NCBI GenBank assembly: GCA_964502045.1
Contig: CAZCVC010000001.1
Location: forward strand, 1-30,885
Source of the DNA: an uncultured Planctomycetia bacterium
GTDB lineage: Bacteria > Omnitrophota > Gorgyraeia > 2-02-FULL-51-18
Direction: 5' to 3'
Length of the DNA: 30,885 bases
The translations under genes were made by a program, and so were the position numbers. Shown in pieces: positions 17,301 through 29,300 of the stretch. Positions within the stretch are counted from its first letter, which is position 1. Each line of letters opens with the position of its first letter. Under the pieces are notes generated by a model that saw only the letters and a list, made by a program, of their open reading frames with translations, ran no database searches and had not been told where the DNA came from.

Positions 17301-20300
17301 CACCGCGAGCATGTTCGTGTTGCTATTCATCAGATAAACGCCGGGAACGGGGTTCGCCATGAGGCCGGCCTTCGCCAGCTCGGCGCGCGCCAGACGCTGC
17401 CGCATTTTGGCTTCCACGTCCTTCGCGGTCGCGTCCGCGTTCTTGCCCTCGGCTTTCGAGGTCTGCACGGTGCCGGTGAAATCGAGCGGGTGCGCGGTGT
17501 CGCGGTCCGCTTTCGTCAAAAGGCCGGCGACTTGCATCAAGAGAGGCCCGAAGCCGTCGTTGGCTTCGTTGAACAATTCGAAAAATACGGCGAGCTTGCC
17601 GGGCTCGGGCGCGAACTGGTCCGTCAATTTTGTGATAGTGACATCGTCGGCGAGCACCCATTCCCCTTTTTCGGTAGGATGAGGTACGTAAATGTTCGCC
17701 GTCTTCAGCTCCTCCATCAACGCGCGCTGCGGCACGGATCGTTTGGCGATCTCGACGATGGCTGCCTCGTTCTTTCCTTTTTTATTGGCTTCGGTTACCA
17801 AAACCATGAATTCGAACGGTTTGAACGCCGCCGCGATGTCGTCGGGGAGCCCCCTCGTGACGTTCGCCATCAGCGGGCCGAGACCTTTGTTGACTTTGTA
17901 ATTTTCGAAATACGCCGGCAGAAGCCTGGGGTCGGACGCGAGCGCATTCTTCACTTTCAGCATATCGGCGTCGGCGGCAGGCGCCGCGTTGTCGTCGGCG
18001 TCCGTCACGAAAACACCGGCGTCCTTCAGCGCGTTGAGCGCCAGCACCGGCAGCACTTCCTTTTCGACCTCTTGGACAATCCCGGCGTCGTCCTTGCCGT
18101 CGGCGTGGGCTTTCGCAACGGTAGTCATGAAATAACCGGGCGGACAGATGTCCGCGGAATTCTTGGGCAGCAGACCCGCGATGCGGGCCATCAAAACGCC
18201 GAGGCCCGTATTGGCGGGGTTCCAGGTCTCGAAAAAGTCCGCGATCTTGGTCGGATCGCCGCCGAGCGCTTCCGTCAACTTCGTCATCGTGGCGTCCGGC
18301 GCTAACGAGATGCCGCCCGATTTGTCCGGGCTCTCGACACAAACAGCCGCCGCCTTCAAGAGTTCGAATATTTCCTGCTGGCGAAGCGCCAACTCGATCT
18401 CGGCGGCGGCGCCGGCAGCGTCTTTTCCGGCTTTGTGGAACTCGCGCGCGAAGTACATGAAACGTCCCGGGTGAAGAGTGCCCCGGACCGCCGACGAAAG
18501 TTTTCTCGCCGCTTCGTCCATGAAAGCGCCCAGGCCTTTGTTCGCATCGTTCCACCATTCGAAGAACGCGGCCATCCTGAGAGCCTCGTCGTCAAGCGCG
18601 GCCGCCGTCTTGGCCAGCGTCGCGTCGTCAGCGAGCACCAGCTGGTCCTTCTCGGTCGGGTGTTTTACGATGATCCCCGCGTCTTTCAACATCTCGACCG
18701 TTTCCTCTTGGCGTGTCGTGTCATCGACGTATTTCGCGATGCCGGCCGCGTCCTTGCCCATTTTTTTGGCCTGCAAAGCGACGCTCATAAAATGAATGGG
18801 AGAGATCAGATCAACCAGCGGCTTGGGAAGAAGCAGCGCGGCCTGTGCGAGCGCCTTGCCTGAACCCCGGAAAGTGGCGCTCCAGCCGTTGAAGAACGCC
18901 GCCATCTTGATCTGGTCGCCACCGAGCGCGGCCAGGAAATCCGTCATCGTGGCGCCGTCGCGTATCCTGATGCTCGAGGCGTCATCGGGCCGAGGGACGA
19001 GCAGGCCGGCGTCCCTCAACAGCTGGCGCGCCGCATCGCTTTCCTTCCGGTGAGTCGGTTCGAAACGCGGTTTCGTGCCGGCAGGCTCGACGCCGGCCCC
19101 GGGGACCAGCAGCGCCGGATTTCCGGTGAAACGCGCCATGTCGAGTGCGGCCCAGTCGACCGTTTTGACGACCGTCGTGCCGACCGTCGTGGTGAGCGTA
19201 AACTTTGTTTCGAGCTGTCCGCGGACCGTCTCGACCTCGTCGCCGTAAAGGCCGTAGTCCGAACCTTTGCCGGCCAGCGCCATGTATTCGCGGACCGCGG
19301 AATCGCCCTTTATTTCCCGAAGCATTTCCCGCGCCCTCCATTCTGTGAGACCTTCGCTGAGCTCCTTATTCTGAAAATCGACCGAAAGATGCCCGCCTTC
19401 ATGCAGCAGCAGGCCCAACAACTGGTTTTCGGTGACGGTCGGATCGGCCGGCAGCAGCACAACGCCGGCGCCCCAAAGCGCGATTTCTTTGATCCCTTTC
19501 TTCACCGACTGATATTTAATGCGTCCCTTTTCGTCCGGCACGGCGATCTGCAGCTCGTCCCAGGCTTTGGCGCTGATCGGGACGAGCTGCTTGTCGAAAT
19601 CGGGAAATTCGCCGAGGAACGCGGCATCCTCCTTGCGGCCCAGCGCGGCGGCGCGGTCCCGGGCGCCCTCGTGGATCTCCTTGAGCTTTTTCTTCGCGGC
19701 GGCCACCGCGTTCATGTAAGCGGACGTTTTTTTGAACTCGTCGTCCTGTAGCGCGTAGTACTGTCTCAGCGTGATGCAGTCAGCCTTGATTTCCTGGAAC
19801 ACGCGTGCCGGCTGAATGCCCTGGTCCCGTATCAGGCGGGTCGCGATCTCGATGCGCCTGTCGATGTCATAATTGAAGCGTGTTTTCAGCACGTTCGTGA
19901 TGTAGTCCGAGGTCACGTCCCTGTCTTTGGCCGCTTCACGCGCCGCGTCGTCAGGCAGCTTGGCGAGCTTCTCAGCGTTTTCCTCTTCATAGACGTCGTT
20001 AGCGACTCCGGCCAATGTTTTTGAGACAATTCTCACCACCCTCTGCTCGACGTCGTCGAGCGTGACATTGACCGGCACATAATTGACCGGAGAACCGTCC
20101 TTGAAGATCAGCAGCGGGTCTTCGGAAGCGTTGGGCAGTGTTGCCGCGTACAAGCTATGGCCCGAAGTGACGCTGAGCGACAGAAGAGATCCGTCCAGAT
20201 CCATCGAAAACTTCACCTTCCCCTTGTCCGTGATCTTTTCGAACTGCTTGAACCATTCAGCGACCTTCACGCGGACGCCGTTGACCATCACCGTCTGCTT

Positions 20301-23300
20301 CTTTTCGTTCCCGAACAGATTCATTACGGCCGCGAGCTGCTCGGCGCCGGTGCCGGTCTTCAAGATGTCCGCGAGCTTGGTCGCCCATTCGGAGAGACCG
20401 TACTCGGGGCCTTTAGAGTCTTTCGTCGGGCCCTCGGAATCTTTCGCGGCGACCTTCAGCTCCGACGGCTTCGGGACCTTGTTCTGTCTTTTCTTGATCT
20501 CGGCGCGCGAGTCGGCAGTCCGCGCCTGCGTCCTCCAGCGCTTGAACCTGCCGGCCGCTTTCAGCTGCCGCTCGTCATCGCGGGTGATTTGGTCGTCGAT
20601 CTTTTTATCGAGCTTGTCGTGCTCCTTATCGAGATAAGCGGCAGCCTTCGCCAGCGCGCCGGCGGGATCGTCGGGATAGCCGGCGAGAATGCTCTTGGCC
20701 TGCGAGTAGAGCCCCGAGAGTCCCGGGTTTTCCGTGCTGAGGTCGTCCAGCAGCTTTTCGAACTTGCTGATCAGCGAAGCATGCACCAGTTTTCTGGCGA
20801 GCTTGCCCGGCAGATCACCGCCGGCGACGACGTCGGTCATCACGGCCGGGTCTCCGGCGAAAAACGAGACCAGCACGTCCGTTTCGGTCAAATTCTTGTC
20901 CAGCGCCTTCGTTTCGATACCGGGTATTTTGTCCAGAATACCGCTGGAACCGCGCGTGCGCGCCTTGTCGCGCGCAAAACGGCGGTAGGCGGTCTTGGAA
21001 CCGGCGGCCTCGAGATAAACCAGCGGCAGGAGCCCATCCCGGCTCTGAGACGGCGCATTCAGCAGCAGTCCCGCTTCGATCAGGTCTTCTTCCGCTTTCT
21101 CGGCGTCGTCGCCGCTGACGATCACGATGCCGAAAGCGCGGCGCGCCAGGTCGATCGTGTCTTTCAAGCGTTCCGTATCCGCGCCGGCTTTGAGCGGGAC
21201 GACGCTGCCTTTCATGGAAAGATAAGCGTCTTTGTTTCCGGAGTGCCCGAATCCGAGACGCGCGGCGGAGATGCCGGCCGCGCCGGCGGCGCGCTTATAG
21301 ACAGTTTCGACTTTGAGGTCGGCTTTGTCCACGACGGCTAGAAATCCGGCGTCTGTGGTCTTCGCCCAGTCAATATCGTCGACGATGGCGGCCAGCTTTT
21401 TGATCGCGTTGGCGTAAAAATTGACGATGTCGTCGCGCTGGAGATTTTCGGTGGATACTTCTTCGGCCAGCGCCAGCGCCTGGCGGCCCAGGGCCGCATT
21501 GAGCCTTTTCCAGAACTCTTTGTCGTCTTCGTCGACGGCCGGGACCGCCATGCCCATCATCGCGTAAAGAACCTTCCGGATCCTGGCGTCGTCCGGCTTT
21601 TTCCCGGGCGCTCCGCCGGCAGCCGTGTCGAGCGGGGTTTTTGGGAAAAACTCCGGGTCCCACGGCAGGGCGTCATCATCGCCGGGCGGGTTCAGAAGCT
21701 CGCGGTCGAGCACCGCGCGCAGCGCGGGCAGGATGTGCGAGTCAGCCATTTTTTGCACGTCCTCGATCTGGTTGTCGAGAGGAAGCGCCGCTTTGAGCGT
21801 GGGGACCTTGCGCATCGGCGCGTCTTTAGTGTCCAGGCTAAGCGTCGCGAAGTCCAGCCTAGGCTCCCCCTTCTCATCCGCCTTATCATTCAAGATGGCC
21901 TGGACCGTGGTACGGAATTCTGTGCCGCCATCGCTCTCGAAAATAGATACGAGACCCATCATGACGTTGCGCATCCCTTCGAGATTTATTTCCTTTTCCT
22001 TGTCGCTCAGCGAAAAGCGGTCCACGCTGTCGGTAAAATCCAGCACCGGCGGTTTGCCGTTGATCTTAGGGGTGTCCGGGTGCTTCGCCCACGCTTCCAG
22101 CCTGTCCTTGAATCGGCCCTTCAACTTCTGCATGATATCGAGCGTGGGGATCTTGTAGCTTTCTTTCCACCCGTCCGTGTCGGGGGCCATCGAGTGATAG
22201 CCGTAGATCTGCTCGAGCGCCATCAGGCCGTCGCGGCCCAGCATCGACACCAGATGCGCGATGAATTCCTTGTCGCCGCTGGAAGTGCCGCGGTAGGCGC
22301 GGGAGCCGATGTTCAGCTGGTGCAGTTCGTGGCCGAATTCGTGCGTGGTCAACATGTTCATTTCGGCTTTGAGGATCGCGTCGAGCAGCGCCTTCTTGTC
22401 ATTCTTCAGGCTTTCGAAATCACGGCCCGCGGCGTCCTTGATGATGCGGCGGAAAAGCTTGGTCCTGAATTCGGCGTCCTGCTGCAGTGAATTGATCTTC
22501 TCCCGGATCTCCTTGGCCTCCGCGGCGAGATCCTTCTCAGCGATCTTTCTCTTGCTGCGCGCGCCGATCAGCGCCTGGTTGATCTGCGTGACGAGCCCCT
22601 CGATCTGCTCGCCGCGCTTGCGCGCAAACACGTTGATCATATATACGGGGATCTGCAGGACCCCTCCGACCGTGTACTCGGCGCGGATGTCCCGCTTGAA
22701 ATCGTCTTCGAATTCCTTCCAGTTGTACCCGAGGTTATTTTCCGTCGTCAGACGTATCAACCCGTTGGCTCCTTTTTCGCGCACGGCGGGAGGGGCGCCC
22801 GGCGCGGCGGGCGTCTTGGGGGCGGCCTGGACCTTCCCCACCAGCTCCTCATAGTCCTGCCATATCTGTTCGAGCAGCGCCGTAATCGTGCCGTTAGCTT
22901 TGTCCAGCATCTGGTCGCGGACGTTGTCGCGGATCTTGTCGACGTAGATCGGCACGAACTTGCCGTTGCCTTTGCTTTCAGCGACGTTGATCGAAGCATC
23001 GAGTTCGTCGGGAAGGCCGTCCAGGTTTTCCCAGAATACCGCTTCGACGGACCTCACGTTCTTCTCGGGCCCGCAGACGAGGTCGCGCTTCTGGCGCGCG
23101 TCGACCTGCTTGACGCTCAAAAGAGTCGTGCCTTTTCCGGTGACGCGCACGTACAGATAGAACGGCTGGCCGACTTTCTCGAAATAATCGTTCAGCTGGT
23201 TCACCTCATGCTCGACCTTGTCCTCGACGTCGATGCTGTTGCTTTCCATGTAATTGAGAATGCGCCGCATCGCGTCGCGGACGTAGCGGTCCTCGAGCCG

Positions 23301-26300
23301 CGCGATCATCGCCAGGACCTGGCGGCGTTCGACGTCGTAGGCGTTTCCCGAATGGTATTTCGCGAGCATGAAGGCCAAGCCGTCACGGCAGAATCTTTCG
23401 AATTGGTCGCTCAGGAACTGGTCGCGGGCGACCTCGTCGTCGGGCATCGTCGGAAGCGCATCCATGTACCCGGGAGAAAAACGCGACGTCGTCAGCGCCG
23501 AATCGCGGCGGTAGGCCGCGAGGGCCATCACCTCGTCACCTGTCAGCGAGCCGAAAGTGACGACCGTTTCGCCGGTGAGCTGGACGAAATCGGACTTTCT
23601 TTCCTCGATCAGTTGACAGATATTCTCGAATGGCTTCTCGCTTGTCGTCTGGGAAGGCGCGAATGCCTTTTCGAACTTCGTGTGCAGCGCAGCCATCTCG
23701 GCAAAATCACGGGCGTTACCCGCATGACGGCCCTCGTCCGGCTCAGGCAGGCGGTCGAGGCGCCTCTCGATCGATTCGAGCTTGTTGCGGCCTTCGAGCA
23801 GGATCTCTTTTATCTTCGGGCTGGCGGTGATGTCGTTTTCACTGCCGATGAAGTCCTTGTACAGCTTTTGCGCGCGCGCGATCACGCCCTCGAAAACGAC
23901 CTGGGCGGTTTCAAGGCCGGTGCGGGCGCGGTTGGAGAGGTTGATATCTTCGGTGCTGCTCGTGTTGCCCTCTTTGACGAAAATTTCGTTGTTCATCCCT
24001 TCCAACTGCTTGATGAGGCTGGCGTTTCCAATGGGATCCTCTTCCCTCGCAGCGACGAGGGCGCGCACGACATACTGCGTCACGCCCGTGTACATGAGGC
24101 CGGCCGTCCAAAGCCGCATCATCGCCTGGTGTTTCTTCTGGATCAGGTTCCATTCCGACTGGAAGACTGTGCAATCGAGCTGGTTTTTCTCGTCCAGCAG
24201 AACCTTCAGGGCCGTCTCCTTGTCCATCCGCGCGAGCTTTTCGAACAAAGCGCGCGTCTCGAGGTTGAAATACGGGCCGGCCACGAACTTCAGCATCGCT
24301 TCCTTCATCTGGAAAAAATCGTTCAGCATCGCGCTGATCGTGCTGCCGTCGATGACGTTGGCCCAGGCGACGTTGTACGTGCCGCCCTTCGACATGTCAA
24401 AGCGGCCGCCGCGGCCGAACAGCTGCATCAGTTCGCCTCCGGTGAGGCGCTGGTTCACGTTCACGATCAGCAGATCGGACTGATAGTCGTTGCCGCGCGT
24501 ACCGACGAGATCGGTGAAAATGATGCGGCGGCCCTTCTTCACGTTTTTTACGGTATTGTCGGACTCGCGGGCGTCGCTGGTCTTTCTGCCGTCGATCATC
24601 TCGAGCATGTCCGAATATTTCCCTCCCTTCGAATGGATGTAATCGGCCAGTCCGGCCTTCAGCGCGTCGTCCATTTCGTTGAACGAGATCAGGATCGAGG
24701 AATCCGTGCGCAGATCCCCTTTCTTCCGCGCCACTCCGTTCAGGTCGACTTCATCCTTCTCGTGGCGGATCAAATCGCCTTTGAGGAAGCCTTCTCCGCG
24801 ACGGACGCCGTTCTCGTCTAACACGTCGTCGGCGTATCGGGGACCTTCCTGGGAGTTGAGGAAAAGATCGAGCTCGTTCTTCAAAAACTGCATTTTTTCG
24901 GCAAACGTCGAGCGCTCGAACGTGCGGAAACGCTTCGACGGCGTCTCGAGCGTCCGCCCCAAAGCGTCTTTGTCCATCATGCGGTCCCGGAAACCCTTCC
25001 AAAGGTCGAAGCCGACGCTTTGAGTTATGGTCTTGAAATTGTCGACGTCGAACACGCCCACGCCCTGCATCAGCAGACCGAACTCCACGACCTCTCCCTG
25101 CGTGGCGCTGGCCATGCGGATGAAGTTTTCGTTATCGCGCCGCCACGTCGTCCTGGTTTCCTTGATCCAGGCGGCATTTTTGGCCTCCCATTTTCTGGCC
25201 CACTCTTCTTTCGCGGCGGCGTCGTCCCCGAACTCTTTTTTCTCCATGTCTTCCTGCATCTTCTCTTCGATCTTCTCTTTACCGGCTTCTCCTAGCTCCC
25301 CTACCACCTGCTTCATGAATGCTTGATTTTTCTTCTCCCACTCCGCGACCCACGCCTTTTCCGCGGCCTCGGTACCGAACACCTCCTTCTTCAGGTCTTT
25401 GGCATATTGCCTGCCGATCCTCTCCTCGACGAGTTCCGAGATGCCTTGCTTGCGGAAAAGCTCGAAGCCCGAAACGCCGCCCGACGTATCCAGCACCTGC
25501 ACGCTGTTGAAATCTTCGGCAAAAGTGAGCTTGGATTTTTCGACCGCGTCGGTGGTCTCGAGGTTCAACTGCGTGCGGCGGTGGTTCAGCGCCTGGAGCA
25601 GCTGCAGGTCGCCGGGTATCTGGCTCGTCTTCAGCTGGCCGGACGCGACGTAGATGAAACGGTTCTTTTCCTTTTCGAACGTCACGTGGCGGAAGCCGTC
25701 CACTTCGCCGGCGCTCAGAAGGGACACCGCCACGACGGTCTGTAGATGTCCGCGGTCAAGGCCGTCCAGTCGGAAACCCCTGTAATCGTCGTCGGCGCCG
25801 ATCCTGAGCCGCTTGTCCTTCCTGAAATATTCGGTGACGCCCTCGTTGATGAGCGTCTCGCGGTCGCTCAGTTTGATATAAACGATCGGTTTGGCGGAGT
25901 TGTCGTAATTTTCCTTAAAATACTGCAGGTCGTCCGTGACTTCGACGTTCAAGTTGGCCCATATCCCGACCTTCGTGCCGTCGAGCCTTTCGACGGTCGC
26001 ATTGCGCTCGCCGCGCACGTCGATGCCCTTCATCATGAGACCGTTGACTTCAATGCGGATGTTGTTCTGGTCGATCGCTTCGCGGCGGCGGCGCTTCATG
26101 ATCGCGACCTTTTCTTTCTCTTCAACCGTCATGTCTTTCTCTTCCTTCTCGCCAATGGAACCGACGTAATCCGAAAGGTTGGTGTAGAGCGAGTCGCCCT
26201 CGTCGACGTATTCGATGATAGTCTCGAGCTCCTCGCATATCTCGTTGTTCAGCGTGCGGCTGTTCTGCCTCAGAAATCCCGCTGACTGCATGTCGATGAC

Positions 26301-29300
26301 GAAGATCTTGTACGGCGTGGCCTCCTTGAGCGTTCCGGTCTCACCGGTCTTGGCGGACAGATCCGTTCCCGCGCCGGCCATTTTCTCGGCGCCGTCCTCC
26401 GCCTTCGGGCCCCGGAGAAGCCTCAGCACGCCCTCCTCGTCATGATCTTTCTGCAGGCGGTCCAAAAGCTCGGTCTTGCCGTCGCCGAGGCGCGCTTGCC
26501 CGCCGGTCATCATGCGGATGAAGCGCTTGTGCTCGTCGCTCGAGAGGAACTGCTCGCCGATGGCGAGGTTCGGCACGTTGATGAACACGGCGCCCTGCTG
26601 CAGCGTACGGCGCCCGTTGATCATCCGCACTACCTGCTGCGCCGCCGCGGCCAACTCAACGAACGTTTTGCCGGTACCGGTGCCGGCTGCGAGATTGTAG
26701 TCGCGGATCTTCGCGATCGAGACCAGCTGCTTGTTCATGAAATATTTTCCGGTGGCACGCTTGAAGATGAACGCTGTCATGATCGTTTCTTCCTGTTCGG
26801 TCAGGTTGAAAAATGAGTTGGGGATCTCGGACTCGTTGCGGTTGGCCAGAGCCGCGGCCAGGTTCTTTCGCGTGCTGTTTTCATCCAGCTGGACGTCAAG
26901 CTGTATCATGCGTTCGAAGAGCGCATACGTCACGTCGTTGACCGGTACGGCGTCCTTGAATTTCAGCTTGCCATCGCGCAGCAGGTCGAATCTTTTGCCC
27001 ATCGACTCGGCCGCGAGCTTCTGCATCATTTCCAGCACGCCGTATTTCCCGTTTTCCTCAGTAGAGGATTCATCGCCGTACACGAGCCTTTCGACGTCGG
27101 GCGCGTCCTTTTCTTTCGAGGGCACTCTGGACCGGATCATTTTCTGAAGCTCTGCCAGCTGTTCGGCCGTGACGCGGCCCGACAGGAAGTGTTTCGTGTA
27201 AAAACCAAGATAGTCGGCGCCCGCATTCGCGGCAATGGCTCTTTTGAGGGCGCCTTCCGCCGTCGCGATCTCCGCGTCGGTCGCCAGATCGCGCGCTTTG
27301 CGGGCCTTCATGATGTCGCACTCGAGCCGCGCGATCTCGACCGCCATCGCTTTTTTCTCGTTAGGGTCGAGATCCTTCATCGCGATCTGGGTGTTGGCGG
27401 GCCCGTCCAGGAATTGCTTCGGACTGGCGGGGTCGAGCGTGAGCTTCCTGAGCCTTTTTTCGAGCAGTTCGAGCGAAGCGATGTCGGCAAAAAAGGAAGC
27501 AAGCGCGCTCCTGACCGCGTCAGGGTGCAGTTCTTTGTCGTTTGCCACGTCGCGATCCTTGTGATAGACGAAGGGCCCCGGGGTACGGTCCTCTCCGAAC
27601 TTCTGGAACTGGGCGGCAAACGCTTTCATCTCCGTTTCGTTTTTGGCGTTCTGGAAGCCTTCGATCAGGGCGTAGGCATCCTTTTCGTCCTCGCGGAGCA
27701 GCTGACGCTGGGCACCGAGACGGCTCAAGCGGTATGTCTTCGGCACGCCGTCGGTGTTGTTGAACGTCACCTCGAGCTGCAGGCGCTCGTTCTCGCCGGA
27801 AGCATCCATCACCGTTTTGCGGATCTGTTTCTTGTCGACCTGTTTGAACCACTCTTCCACGAGCAGACGCTGCGTGTCAGCCTGGTACTCTTCCAGACGC
27901 ATGCGCTCCGCCTCGAGCTTCTGCGTGAGGTCGAGGTTCGAGCTGCTGTGCAGCCAGCCCTGACGGTATTCCAGGCCCTCGAAAACACGCGTGCCGTCGG
28001 CCGCGACTCCGGTGAAAAGTTCCAACAGAAGGTTGTTATATACCTTCAGATTTTTATCGGCGATTGCCTGTTTCATGCGGCCGATCAGCGCTTTGACCGG
28101 CGCGCTTGAGAAAAACTTGTCAGTCTCTGTTTTCGGCGTCCCGTCGGCCACGGCCTGCATGGCGTCCAGCAGCACTATACAATCGTTGACGACGGCCTGG
28201 TTCTCGGTGTCCTTCTCGCCGAGACCCCGCACTTTCAGGAATAACTCGTAGCGGGCCTTCTGGTTGACCGCGTCGTCGGGCAGAGAATCGGCGCGGCCTT
28301 TTCCCCATTTGATCAGCTTGGCCCGGAAAACCCCGACCGCCTGGCGCAGGTGCTTGAGCAGCGCCTGTATCTGTTCTTCAGGGAGCCCGGTACCCTTCAG
28401 CTGGTCGCGGAAATTGATCTCGCTGATTTGGCCGTGTTCGTTGATGAGATCGAAGATGATCTCGAAAAGGAGGGCCGCCGCTTTTTCCCTGTCGGTCGCG
28501 AGCAGCCTTTGAAAATCGAGCAGACGGTCGTAAAGGGCGGACGCCGGGGGGGCCGGGGTGACGTCCTGGGCGGTTTCGTCCAGTTTTTCATTTTCTTCGG
28601 CGGTATCGAGCTTGACCGGAGGCGAACGCGGTAAAGACGGGACCGGCACGCCGTCATCGGCATCCGCCCGGTCTTCGACAACGGGCCCCGGCACGGGAGG
28701 GCCTGAGTCCGCGTCCGCGGGCGCGGTATCAGCAACATCCGCGTCGGCGCTCGCGGAAGGGATCAAGCGAAGTCTCGACAGTTCGGCGAATGCCGCACGC
28801 GGTGTGAACATGGTGTCGGCTCCGTCCGCGTCGTCGAGGTTGATCCGAAAATCGTCAGAAAAAATCGTGAGCCATACTGTCCAGGTCTTTTCGTCCGCGC
28901 CGTGCTTCAGTTCGAGCGCGACGGCGACGGCGCCGGACGCTTCTTTCTGCAACGTCGCAAACTCGGCCAACCCTATCAAATTCACCGCCAGCGCGCCTTC
29001 AAGGTCGAGAATCACATCGTAAAGTTCAAGCAGTGTCGTGGCGGCGGCGATGCGGGCGCGGATGAACTCGGGCGTCACCGCGGACTTGGCGCTGAGATCA
29101 CCTGACGGCCGGCGGTCTTGGACTACAGGCGCTGGGGCGGTCTGCTGCATTTCCTGTCCGGCCTGCTGCTGATCGGCGGCCGTCCACGTGCCGTCGAGGA
29201 TGCGGCCGGCGATATTCTGCATGAGGCGGGCGCGGGCCTGGATCTTTTCCGCATTTTGCCGGATACCGGCGGCATCCAGTTTTTTTGAAAGATTGTAATA

